Shown: positions 48,091-60,573 of the stretch, in pieces | Layout of the letters: every line of letters begins with the position of its first letter | Numbering within the stretch: position 1 is the stretch's first letter | Origin: the human T2T-CHM13v2.0 reference genome, Homo sapiens | Assembly: GCF_009914755.1 (NCBI RefSeq) | Contig: NC_060947.1 | DNA length: 64,000 bases | Strand: one strand, 5' to 3' | Notes under the pieces: model-generated | Told to the model about the DNA's origin: nothing | Databases searched by the model: none | Seen by the model: only the letters and a program-made list of their open reading frames with translations | Program-made: the position numbers and the translations under genes

Positions 48091-48130
<40 letters not shown>
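48091..48130. repeat. (AC)20 microsatellite
   Basis: Uninterrupted AC run, seen directly. Confidence 0.98.
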
Positions 48131-48132
<2 letters not shown>

Positions 48133-48555
48133 CCAGTCAGTAAAATCAGAGCAAGTAAGAGAGAAAACCTAGCTGTATCAATAAATACTAAAAAAATACT
48201 AAAAAAAAAAAAAAAAAGAAAACCTAGCTGTGTTGCCCAGTTATTTCTCTTCTCCCCACTGGAACTCTTTTTACCCAGGTTGTACTTCAAATTGTCCTTT
48301 TCACTATTTCCAGCTATTTACTATATTATAAATAAAATATACATGCTGTCTAATATAAATATTTCTTGATGCTTTCAGGTGGAAATCTCAAAGACAAAAG
48401 GTCTCTAAAACCTCTTTGTTCCATGTGCACTATTGATTAAAGATGTAGTTACCAACATCTCTTACCATTTTACTTTCATCAATTTATCTCAATGTGTGGT
48501 TCAGCAGCATCAGAATCACCTGTAAATTTAGAAACGCAGATTCCCAGGGCCAATC

Positions 48556-49648
48556 TGTCAGAGGCTTTTGCACCAGAGTGACTCCATCTTGAATAGGGGC
48601 TGAGTAAAATGAGGCTGAGACCTACTGGGCTACATTCCCTGGAAGTTAGGCATTCTTAGTCACAGGATGAGATAAGAGGTCAGCACAAGATACAGGTCAC
48701 AAACACCTTGCTGATAAAACAGGTGGTGGTAAAGAAGATGGCCAAAACCCACCAAAACCAAGATGGCGATGAAAGTGACCTCTGGTTATCGTCATTGCTC
48801 ATTATATGCTAATTATAATGCATTAGCATGCTAAAACACACTCCTACCAGTCCCATGAGAGTTTACAAATGCCATGGCAGTGTCAGGAAGTTAACTCAAA
48901 TGGTCTAAAACGGGGAGAAGCCCTCAGATCTGGGAATTGCCCACTCCTTTTTTGGAAACTCATGAATAATCCACCCCTTGTTTAGCATATAATCAAGAAG
49001 TAACCACAAAAATAGCCAACCAGCAGCCCTCTGGGCTGCTCTGCCTGTGGAATAACCATTCTTTCGTTTCTTTTTTTTTTTAATTATACTTTAAGTTCTA
49101 GAGTACATGTGCACAACCTGCAGGTTTGTTACATATGTATACATGGGCCATGTTGGTGTGCTGCACCCATTAACTTGTCATTTACATTAGGTATATCTCC
49201 TAATGCTATCCCTCCCCTCTCCCCACTCCCCATGACAGGGCCCGGTATGTGATGTTCCCCACCCTGTGTCCAGGTATTCTCATTGTTCAATTCCCACCTA
49301 TGAATGAGAGCATTCAGTGTTTGGTTTTCTGTCCTTGCAATAGTTTGCTCAGAATGATGGTTTCCAGCTTCATCCATGTCCCTACAAAGGACATGAACTC
49401 ATCCTTTTTTATGGCTGCATAGTATTCCATGGTGTATATGTGCCACATTTTCTTAATCCAGTCTATCATTGATGGGCATTTGGGTTAGTTCCAAGTCTCT
49501 GCTATTGTGAATAATGCCGCAATAAACATACGCATGCATGGGTCCTTATAGACTTGCGTTCACTTCATGGATTTGCTTCGAATTCTTTCTTGTGCAAGGT
49601 CCAAGAACCATCTCTTGGGGCCTGTATTGGGACCTCTTTCCTGTAACA
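48556..49648 (+). mobile_element. MER41B solo LTR interrupted by an L1 3' end
   Basis: TGTCAGAGGC...TGTAACA termini; near-TSD aatc/catc; homologous to the two LTRs upstream. Confidence 0.9.
49071..49551 (-). mobile_element. 5'-truncated L1PA (PA4/5-like) 3' end
   Basis: Poly-T followed by 'aattatactttaagttctagagtacatgtgcac', a reverse L1PA 3'UTR. Confidence 0.93.
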
Positions 49649-49811
49649 CATCCACTCAAATCCACAGACTCAGAAACTCTAAAGAGGGAGGGCAGCAATC
49701 TGTCTGAACAAACTCTCCATTTTAAAGTTTGATAATCACCGCATTAAAGGAACACTGCTGTTTTGGTGTAAAAGCCTAACACTATATAGAGACAAATACA
49801 AATGGGTTCTT

Positions 49812-49914
49812 CCAGGAGGCAGAAGCTGCAGTGAGCCCAGATTGCACCACTGCACTCCAGCCTGGGTGACAGAGTGAGACCTTGTCTCAAAACAACAACA
49901 ACAACAACAACAAA
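49812..49914 (+). mobile_element. Severely 5'-truncated Alu with an (AAC)n tail
   Basis: Only the last ~77 nt of the right monomer; TSD acaaatgggttctt at 49798-49811 and 49915-49928. Confidence 0.9.
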
Positions 49915-50061
49915 ACAAATGGGTTCTTGTATTGAGTGATAATATACACACACTCACAGACTCCCCACCTGATCTGTGGCATAGGAAAATGCTCTCTGGT
50001 TTTATATTTGGTCCTAGAAGAAATGTTTGATGACTGTAATGAAAGATTTTGTAAGCTTTAT

Positions 50062-52141
50062 AAACTATAGACAAATGATGTTTAGTAGGTTTTAAAACTG
50101 GAAAGAGAATAGTGCGTTTTTTAGAGTGAAAATAGGCAATATTTCAGCATTACATTTATTAAAAGTAGCTATCAAAATACAATATTTACATTGTCAGTGG
50201 CTTGCACTGTATAGCTATTAATGAAATTTGGCATCATATTTGCATTAAATTATATTTTAATAATTTTATATTTATATATTCATAGAGCTTTGTAAAAAGC
50301 CCCTGTAAGTGAAATTAGTCTCTTCACATTTTCATCTTTTGGTCTCAGGACATATAATTTGTGACATTGTCGTTACTTCAGGTAAAAGTAAAATAAAATG
50401 TTTAAATCTACCAGTCAAATAGATAACAAGAGATAACCTGACCCAAGTGGTTTTGATTTTCTATTTACAGGCAGAAAGTAGTAGTTCATTAACACCTGAA
50501 GAATCTAAAAACTGGGTCACAATAAGGGTTCAAAAACCTCAAAAGATTTAGATGACATCTCTAAGGTGCTGATTAAAACTGAATAAAACTTTTTCCTAGG
50601 AATTAACACTCTAATATAGAAAGCACTAAATGGTTTGTAATTTTCAGCCTTTTATATATTAGCCCTGAAGCACGTCATTTTTTAATTTATTATTTTTCCC
50701 TTTCTCTAGGCAATAAAAAAATTGAAATTGGACTCTTTAGTTAAAAAATAAAAAGAGTAGGTGTTTAAGTCAAGATAGAATTTAAAGAGCAGAGCAATTG
50801 CTTAGCACCAGCACATAAGAGTATTGTTATGAAGACAAGTGTTGATGAATGCAAAATTATTTTCCAAGTCATGATTCTCATGAACTATCACATAAATAAA
50901 TTAGCTGAATTTTAAAAATTAATCACAAGTAAAAGAAGCAGCGAAAAGAAGCATGACAGGGATATATGCTAATCTATGCACCACGATTTTTTTATATAAG
51001 TGGAAATTGAAATGAATTGTAAAAGCCAATGAAGCAGCAGAAAGATGGCTGACTATCAATCCCAGCCAGTGTCCTAGATATGTCATTCTCCATGAAAAGC
51101 ACGCTTTCTGATGTTGCATTTTCCATTAGTAAGTGGGGCAGCAGAACACCAATGTATGTGCTTTCCTGACTCATTTGCATGTCACCATTTATAACTTTCG
51201 ACTGCCCTGTGGCATTGTGGCAACTGCCTCCCAAATGAGGAATATACAGCAGTAATAATTTTTTGATAACACCCTAGTAATTATATGGCCCTTGAAGGTC
51301 TTCTTTTCAAAATTCAAAACTCACCTTCCCTTGCTTGAGTGTGAATCTAATCTCATTCTTGAAACCTTGTTATTAACTTTCCCTTCTTGACAGATCTGGT
51401 GGGTGATGGTAGAATGAGTCAGAGAGAAGGGTCAAAAAGGAGAAAGTTGGAACCAATTGATTTGCTACTAGTAGCCTAAAGAGGAAAAAAAGATGCTTAC
51501 CTCTTACCTCTTGGAAAATTAATAGTCACTGAAAAGGGCATCTATTCAGTTAACTTAATTTTTATTCTAAATGAAAAACGTGTTTATTGAATTAAAGAGA
51601 ATTTATTAAGAGCAGAAAAAAAATCTAATGCATTTTATATGTGGACATATGTATACTTAAGGTTTAAGTAATACAGCTTCTCATCTTTTAATAATATTTG
51701 TTTACCTATATGGAAATTCCTTTGGATGTTCTATTTCAATAATCTAGTTTTATCTAATGGAAACTGTGTACAAACACAAAGGAGACAAGCCAAATACAGT
51801 TTATGATTGGCTGCTACACACAATATGCTAATGAAAGCCCTAACTCATCTCCTGAGTTTTTCAGTCGATGTCTAATGAAAATTCCTAAATCAAAACATGT
51901 CCTAGAATTGTTGACTGTCAGTATACAAAAGAATTTGTCTATATAAGTCAATGAATGGGTAATTCACAACCAAACTCTAAATAATCTTAGATTCTTAATT
52001 AGTAAATCAAACTGCAGATAAAATGATATTTAGTAGTTTTTAAAACTGGAAAGAGAACAAAGGGTGTTTCTGAGAGTAAAAACAGGCAATATTTCAGCAT
52101 TATAGTAACTAAAAGTAGCCATAAAGTACAAAATTTAAATT
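50062..52141 (+). repeat. Diverged ~130-bp direct repeat pair (50062-50192 and 52009-52141)
   Basis: Shared blocks 'ttttaaaactggaaagagaa', 'aggcaatatttcagcatta' and 'taaaagtagc' at an offset of about 1.95 kb. Confidence 0.85.
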
Positions 52142-52574
52142 AATGCATCATTGTTAGTCACTGACTCCCTGACAAAGCTGAGGATGCACAATGACTGTTT
52201 TCTGTTGTAAGTTCTATTATGAGGAAACTCCCCTCTTCTCTACCCTGGTGCAAAGTCACTTCATTGTGTCACTACATAGGTCACAAGGCATTGAACAATT
52301 CCACTAAAGTGTCATTCATATAGATTAAAATATTGATGTCACCCCTTAACTTGCACAATGCAGCAACCCCACCATGATCCTTTGTTTATTAAGCACTTAC
52401 TTTTGCCCACACATTTGACTAGGTCCTGAAGATTCAAAGATGATCAAAAATATTCATACATAGCCCCAATTAATTGTGAAGATTAAAATCTAATTGTGGA
52501 GTGTGATACTAGTCACGTAATTACACAAAGAAATAGATGACAAATGCAATGAAGGAGATGTCCACAGTTCAGAA

Positions 52575-52890
52575 GTGTGCTATCCAATATGGTAGCCATT
52601 AGCTATATAAGATTGATTAAATTTATATAATATATAAAAATGTGATTTATTAAATGTATATTATATAAGTAAATGATATAAGAATGGTTAAACTTGAATT
52701 TAATAAAACTGAATAAAGTTAAAAATTTAATTCTTCAGTCACACTAGCCACATTTCAAATCCTCAATAGCTACATGTGTAAAATTGATACTCACATATGT
52801 TGTAATATTGAAGAAGTTATTGCTTTCTACATGTGACTACTGGCTACCATATTGGATTGCAAAATATGGAACATTTCTATCATTGAAGAA
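52575..52890. mobile_element. MER3/MER33-group hAT element containing a ~50-bp foreign insert
   Basis: Termini 'gtgctatccaa' and 'ttggatagcactg'; 'cactagccacatttcaa...tggctaccatattgga'. Confidence 0.8.
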
Positions 52891-54087
52891 AGTTATCTTG
52901 GATAGCACTGATATAGAATAATAATATAAAATGAGATCAGAGAAAGCTTCCAGTAGGAAGTGGCAATTAAGAACCAAAAGATGAGCAAGAATTAACCAGG
53001 TGAAGAGAAGTTCTGGGAAAAATAAGGAACGTACTTTTTTTCTCATGAAACATTACGAACTTCTAGTTTATTAGATATGTCATTGAGATAACAAAAAATA
53101 AATAAATGATTACTTGGAAAATGTGCAATTTTATTTCAGAGATGAAAAATTTGTGAATGTGGTAAAAATAACACTTATATAGCAGTTAGATTAGATTTAA
53201 GATACCAGCTGGTTTAATATTTACAGATAAAAAGACTGGAGACCTAAGATACTTTACGATGTGCTCTAGTTGTAATAGGTTAAGTTCAAACAGTGCCAGA
53301 GTTAAAAAATACAATGTAGGCATTCTGATTACTAACTCAATATTGATTCCTCTCCTTAGAATAGTCTTAAATTAGTTGGACAACTCTAAACATTTAAAAA
53401 TGTATAGTTTTGACATTTATTTATGAATATACATGTGTACATATATGACCCCCCTTTTATTATTGTTCTATTAAATGAATGCCAAAAATATTATTCAATT
53501 TTAAGTTTGTGTGAATTAAGACATGAATGTTAATGGTTGAAAAAGCAAACAAATGTAATATCTTACATGTTTATTTACAGTTTAAAGTATGGTTTAATTT
53601 TCCTTGTAGAGAGATCGTGAATAATTGCACTATTCTTATTTTTGCTTCATCTATTTGCTGAGCTAAGTATGAATGTGATTATCACAGCAGTTCAATCTGT
53701 GCTGCTTAAGGTAAGACATTGCTTTCAGTATTTACAGTTTAAATTTGGATTGCTTCAAGTTTACAAAATTGGATATAGTGATTTCACAGACACTGTCAGT
53801 TTACAATCATATTTTAAAATTAATTTGGTTAAAAGTGTACAATTGATACATCTGTTGTAGTATTGAGGAAGTTATTGCTTTCTCCTATAAACCAATGACC
53901 CTTATTTTTACTTCATCTGAAGTGTACTATATAATTTATTATATTAATGTATAAAAATAACACAGTAAATTAAATTGACTCCACTGTGTTTTCATACCAA
54001 GATTCAATGAAAAGTAAATCAATTTAAACACACTATTACAAAAGAAAGAGCCTAAGTAAATTACTGCTTCAAATTGAGGGATTGAAC

Positions 54088-54492
54088 CACATTCATTTAA
54101 ATAATATTTATTTAGGACATACTTTGTGACACACTGTGATAGATATGCTAATAGCAATAATGAAAAGAAACATAAAGTCTTTAGTATCTATCAATTTCCT
54201 ATTCTCATGGAACTTCAATCTATTGAGAGAAAAGAGACAATATAGAAAATAAATAAGTAAAACATCATCTGTTGTTAAATGGTGGTAAGTTTGTCAAAGA
54301 AACATAAACCAAGAAAGAGGAATGAGTATCAAGGAAGATTTGATGGTTTTAAAAAGGGTGGGGAAGAAAGGCCTTATTTAGAGAGTGACATTTAAATAAA
54401 ATGAAAAGTAGCTGAGGGAATGAGGCATGTGTGTATCTGAAGAAAATCAATACAGGAAGTGGCAACAACAGATGCAAAGGTCCTGAGGTGAG
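54088..54492. mobile_element. LINE-2 3' region
   Basis: 'cattcatttaaataatatttatt...ctcatggaactt...gtgacatttaaa...atgcaaaggtcctgaggtg'. Confidence 0.7.
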
Positions 54493-54504
54493 ATAGTGTT
54501 TACA

Positions 54505-55651
54505 GAGTTCAAGCCTTGGTGGCTTCCATGTGGTGTTGGGCCTGCGGGTGCACAGAAGTCAAGAATTAAGGTTGGGAATCTCCACTTAGATTTCAGAGGA
54601 TGTATGGAAATGCCTGGATATCCAGGAAGAAGTCCGCTGCAGGGGCAGAGCCCTCATGGAGAACCTCTGCTAGGTCAATGTGGAAGGGAAATGTGGGGTT
54701 GGAGCCCCCACACATAGTCCCCACTGGGGCACTGCCTAGTGAATCTGTGAGAAGAGGGCTACCATCCTCCAGACCCCAGAATGGTGGATCCTCTGACAGC
54801 TTGCACCGTGTGCCTTGAAAAGCTACAGACACTCAACAGCAGCCTGTGAAAGCAGCCAGGAGAGGGGCTGAACCCTGGAAAGCCACAGTGGCAGAGCTGC
54901 TCAAGGTCTTGGGAACCCACCTTTTGCATCACTGTGCTGCAGATGTGAGACATGGGGCAAAAGAAATCATTTTGGAGCTTTAAGAATTAATGACTGCCCT
55001 GCTGGATTTTGGACTTGCATGAGGCTGGTAGCCCCTTCATTTTGGCCAATTTCTCCCATTTGGAAAAGTCATATTTTACCCAACGCCTGTACCCCCATTG
55101 TATCTTGGAAAAACGGAACTTTTTCATTTTACTTGCTCATAGACAGAAGGGACTTGCCTTGTTTCAGATGATACTTTGGACTGTGGACTTTTGAGTTGAT
55201 GCTGAAATGAGTTAAGAGTTTGGGGGAGTGTTTGGAAGCCATGATTGTTTTGAAATGTAAAAAGGATGAGATCTGGGAGGGACCAGGGGTGAAATTATAT
55301 GGTTTGGCTCTGTGTCCCCACCCAAATCTCATCTCAAATTGCAATCTCCACATGTCAAGGGAGGGACCTGGTGGGAGGTGACTGGATCATGGGAGTGGTT
55401 TCCCCCATACTGTTCTCATTATACTGAGTGAGTTATCACGAGATCTGATGGTTTCATAAGTGGCATTTCCCCCTGCTCTTCTCTCTCTTTCCACCTTGTG
55501 AAGAAGGAGCCTGCTTCCCCTTCCTCCATGACTGTAAATTTCCTGAGGCCTCCCCAGCCATGCTTAACTGTGATCAATTAAACCTCTTTCCTTTATAAAT
55601 TACCCAGTCTCAGGGAAGTTCGTTATAGCAGTGTGAAAACAGACTAATATA
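54505..55651 (+). mobile_element. THE1/MST internal fragment plus 3' LTR (about 55296-55651); 5' half absent
   Basis: Internal part is homologous to 22200-22750 (reverse); LTR runs 'atatggtttggctctgtgtccccacccaaatctcat...cagactaata'. Confidence 0.88.
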
Positions 55652-55839
55652 CTCACAATTGTGACAAAGAACTAGACAAAATTAATAAACACAAAAAGAT
55701 GCAGAAATAGTATTAATAGAAAGAGGCATTTAAAAAGCTAATATATTTACTTTTAATAATTTAAAGAAAAATTGTGAACATAAGAATCTCATGGATAAAT
55801 GGAAATTATGAAAAATTATGAGTGATGTAGAAAATTCTG

Positions 55840-56235
55840 TCCTTGCACATGTAGATCTTTTTATTCAGTCAAAGATTTAAGCAGACCCCTGAGGAGATTT
55901 TTGGAGTTCATTCTCTTTGCAAAGTCTTATTATCTGATACCCTGCTCCACATATTCCAGTTACTTCAGTAGCCCTTAACAACAATCTCTGTCTCCCCAGC
56001 TCAGCAAAGGATCTTTATGCTCTGTTTGGGCTCCAGCCCTATGCTACAATCTGGAAAAATCCCATCACTTTGTTGGTTTGCCTTTTCTCAGTTAAGTCAG
56101 TCCTGCCTTGCCTATTATCCCATGTCTGTAAACAGAAGTTTTAGATATTTTGTTAAATCTTATAGTTTTTTTTTTTATGTTAAGAGGGCTATTCCATTAC
56201 CAGTCACTCCACCATGGCTGGATGCAGAAACTTGG
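55840..56235 (-). mobile_element. Old L1M-type fragment
   Basis: Resembles 25560-25980 in motif order. Confidence 0.4.
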
Positions 56236-56517
56236 TTACCTTTCATTCCATTTTAAAATCAGTTCATTATCTCCCTGAACAGATATTTATAACGGTAAAC
56301 ACTGGAGACACACAGATAAATGAGAAACTTTCCCTGCCTTTAGGGAACTTTCAGTCTACTGGAGTAGAGATGGACTAAATAAAAGTAATATCAATGCAAT
56401 GTGACATTTATAGAAAAGGAAGACTTAAAAGTAAGCGCTATAGGATAGAACCAAAAGGAAAATTTTTATTATAAATTTTATCCAGGCCAAAGTGAAGTTT
56501 TGTGGTACTCTCTAAGA

Positions 56518-56690
56518 TCATGAATCTCAACTATGGCTGCATCATTGGAAACCCCTGGGGAGCTCTAAAAGGTACTGATGCCTAGGCCCTATCTGAAATT
56601 TCCTGATTTAGTTGATCTGGGCTGTGGCCTGGGCTTTGGAATTTTTAAAATCTCCTATTAATAATTACTTTGAAGCCAAAGGTGAGGATG
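56518..56690. mobile_element. MER5-like DNA transposon remnant
   Basis: 'tctcaactatggctgca...cctggggagct...tactgatgcctaggcc...tgatttagttgatctggg'. Confidence 0.7.
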
Positions 56691-57836
56691 TTTATCTATG
56701 GTAAATTTTATCAGATAGGCCTTATAAATATATGTGTAGATTTGTAAAAGCTATATTGTTCTATTAATAAAAATTTTTATTGAATCTATATTTTTTGTTG
56801 CCAACGTCTCAAAACAGTTGTTTCACATATTTTTTCCAGTATTATAGTTTCACTTTGTATTGATAAAATTATATTGAATTGACTAAATAAATTGCCAATG
56901 CATTCGTTCATCTAAGAAATACTTATTAAGTGACTATGGTTTACATTTACTGTGCTCAGAGCTGTAGATTTAACATTGTGGTAAGTTGACCACAGCAAAG
57001 CGTAATATATATTAACGTGACAATAAAGTCTCCTCATAATCCTGATGTTTTGGAAGTATGCTGGTCCTTATACATACAACAATATTTATGACCAGATTTC
57101 AAATTCTGAAAAGGAATAACTCTTTTCTAGTTTCTGGGGACATCCCTTACAGAGGAAAAACAGCACAAACATAACTAATTCATACATTGTAAAGGTCATC
57201 GGAGAAAGACTTTGAGAAAGTTGTAAACAAAGCAACCTAAACCTATATCAACTTAACATTTTTAAAGAGCTATGCTGATAACATCATGGAAATAACACAA
57301 CATTTGGAAAAAGTAATCCATACATTTATATTAATATTATAAATAATATAAGCATCCTTTCTTGTTTATAAGTGAGGGATATATGTGTGGCAGTATCAAA
57401 TTTGATAGCTAAGTGTATGTTTTTTCCATACTAACAGAAAATACATAAACTAATTAAATTTGGAACTCTCCCAATATCTAAAACAATGATGACTCTCTTT
57501 CCATCTAAAAAGGAACAAACCCATAGAACATAAAAGAACACAAATAATATGCAAATTGGAAATGTTAAATATCTTATCTCATTCAGCTACTTGGTCACTT
57601 ATACATTGTCCAGGCAGCAGAAAACCTGCCTCTGAACACAATCTTGTTTAGCAAGAAGAAAAGATCACATCTAATTTGAATTGTCACACAAATTTAGAGA
57701 TTTTTCAGTCTGTTTAGTTTTGCTGCAGCAAGTTTAAAACTTTTGCATCTTCCTTGTTATTTTCATGGCATAGCTATCCACCAACAGCAACCTCTTTGCT
57801 ATCTTGACATTAATTATTTACATTGAAGTGTCTATA

Positions 57837-60573
57837 GAGGTTGAGCATCCCCTATTTGAAAATTAAAAATCCACAATGCTCCAAAATCCAAAACTTTTTG
57901 AGCACCAACTTGATGCTGTAAGTGGAAAATGCTGCACCTGACCTCATGTGACAGGTCTCAGTCAAACCTCAGACACAACATAACACACAGTTTACTCAGT
58001 GCACTCAAGGGGAAATAATGCCTCCTAGGCCCTGCTGCAATATAACTTTTCCATGAACACTCAGATTCCCTGACTCAAGTATGACTATGAAGGGCAATAA
58101 AATGGCAAATGTGTAGGTAGTTGTGCCAATAGCAGGTTCCCCATGATGCTGCACACAGACCCAAGACCTACATGCATTATTCACTGTGTTTTCTGGCATA
58201 TTCTCTGTTTTCTGTGGATATATTGTTTCACTGGTGTAAAGATATTGCTAAAAGTATGAAGAGGCCTGCAGATAACCCTCTGAGTAATAGTAATAAGTAA
58301 AATAAGAAGTGTTTATGTTTATTTATGTCATAAAGAGTCAAGCTATTGAAGAATCTGGACAGCAGTGTAGGTGTAAAATGTCTTATAGAAGGGTATTGTG
58401 ATGAAATGGTCACCATATGTGACCCAAAGAAATTGAAAGATAAACTACTGAAGTTCTGTTCTGATAGTGACAAATAGAGGGTAATGAAATATAGAAAAAC
58501 ACTGCATAAAGCTAAAAATGAAGATCTTGATTGTGTATTGAAAGAATGGATCCATCAGTGTTGAAGTGAACACATGCCATTTAATCGTATGCTGATCTTG
58601 AAACAAGCAAAGATCTATCACAAGGAACTTAAAATGGAAGGGAACTGTGAATATACAACAGCCTGGTGGTAGAAATTTAAAAGACAAGGCATAACATTTT
58701 TAAAGATTTGTGTGTATAAGGCGTTTGCTGATCATGAAGAAATTCATTGATGAGTTTGCCAAAGTAATTGCTGATGAAAATCTGACATCAAAGCAAGTCT
58801 ATAATGTTGGTGAAACATAACTATTTTGGTGTTATTGTCCCAGAAAGACACTGGCTACAGCTGATAAGCCAGCACCTACAGAAATCAAGGGTGCCAAGGA
58901 TGAACTAAACTGTGCTGGGATGTGCTGATACAGCAGACACACATAAGTGCAAACTTGCTGTGATAGGTAAACTCTTGCATCCTTGATGTTTTCAAGGAAC
59001 AAATTTTGTTTACCAGTGCATTATTATGCTAACAAAAGGGCATGGGTCACCAGGAACATCTTTTCTGATTGGTTTCACAAACATTTTGTACCAGTGGCTC
59101 ATGCTCACTGCAAGAAGGATGAACTGGATAATAACTACAAAAATTTTTTATTATTTCACAGCTCTTACGCTCATCCTCCAGCTGAAATTCTCATCAAAAA
59201 TAATGTTTATGTCATGCAGTTTCCCACAAATGTGATTTCATTAATTCAGCCATGTAAACAGGGAATCCTTAGATCAATGAAGAGTAAATATAAAAATACT
59301 TTGCAGAACAGCATTCTAGCAGTAGTGAACAGAGGCACGGGTGTGGAAGGTTTTCAGAAGGAGTTTAGCATGACGAATGCCACGTATTTTGTTGCCATTG
59401 CTTAGAAGACCATGACTAAAGACACAGTTGTGCATGCCTGGCACAACCTCTGGCCTGGGATTACGTTCAATGTTAATAATGAACAAGGTGGTAACTTTGA
59501 AGGATTTCATGTGTCAAGTGAGAAAAAAAGGATGTCTGATCTCCTTACATATGCAAAAACTATACCTTCAGAGTCCTTCAGTAAACTGAAAGAATTAGAT
59601 TAGATATTGAAGAAGTATTTAACATTGATAATGAGGCTCCAGTTGTTCATTCATCGACTGATGGTGAAGAAGCCAAAATGGTTCTAAATAAAATGATCAC
59701 GATAATAGTAATGATAAAGATGACATTGTTAATACTGCAGAAAAGTGCCTGAAGACAACATAGTGAAAATGTGTAATAGGCTTATTGAAGGACTAAAGTA
59801 CAGTATCATGCATTCGTAACAGAATAAGGCATGGTCAGTTTATAAAATCAAAGAGACTTCTAAGACAAAAACCATTGTAAATGAGGCAGATAATCTTGGA
59901 GGAAACATCTTTAAAAAACCGTTCAGCAGAATGCCCCTAGAGGACCCACTTCCTGGTCCCTGAACTGCTTCGAATATTTCTTCTCACCTAAAAAGAATAC
60001 ATTGTATAATATCCTTTTACTCAAAACACAGCATTTTAGGTGGTTACTGAAGACATGCATGCCATTGTTTGTTGTTGCTTTTGTCTAACAGCTGATGCAG
60101 GTATTCTGATGATGTTACTGTGCTGCTTAGTTACCTTAAACATATAATTTTTTCATTGTATTAATGGCATTTCACATTTTTTATTGTTACATACTTATTT
60201 GTAAATAAGTGTAAGAAAATAATTGCTTATCAGTAGCATGTAAATTCAGAGTCAGAAATGATGGTGATGCCAAACAATCACAGATTGTCCACATGGGTGG
60301 CTGAGATAGTGACACTTTTGCTTTCTGTTTGTTCAATATACACACACATTGTTTTATGCACAAATATTATTGAAAATATTGTCTAAAATTACCTGCAGAC
60401 TGTGTATAAGGTGTATATGAAACATGAATAAATTTCATGTTCAGGCTTGCATCCAATCCCCAAGACATCTCATTATGTATATGCAAATATTTTAAAATCC
60501 AAAGAATAATATGAAATCCAGAACTCTTCTGGTCCCAAACACCTATATATATATATAAGGGATACTCAACTTG
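57837..60573 (+). mobile_element. Full-length Tigger4 (Zombi) TcMar/pogo DNA transposon
   Basis: TIRs gaggttgagcatccc / gggatactcaacttg; TA at 57835-57836 and 60574-60575; 2737 bp; internal transposase remnant. Confidence 0.9.
58256..59880 (+). pseudogene. Tigger4 transposase remnant (CENP-B/Jerky-like HTH plus DDD domain)
   Basis: LPVHYYANKRAWVTRNIFSDWFHKHFVP and IQPCKQGILRSMKSKY in ORF 58983-59405; many stops; ends approximate. Confidence 0.85.

Larger units (their letters stand above)
48485..49760. mobile_element. MER5A-like DNA transposon split by MER41B (48485-48555 and 49649-49760)
   Basis: 'cagcagcatcagaatcacctg...ttagaaacgcagattcccagg' continues as 'actcagaaactct...cagcaatctg...gaacactgct'. 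Confidence 0.7.

Noticed and set aside
47838-48290. ORFs with HTHT/CVCV runs
   Set aside because: Translation of the (AC)n microsatellite
58983-59603. Jerky/TIGD-like host gene
   Set aside because: Lies inside TIR-bounded Tigger4; the frame is broken and catalytic motifs are lost
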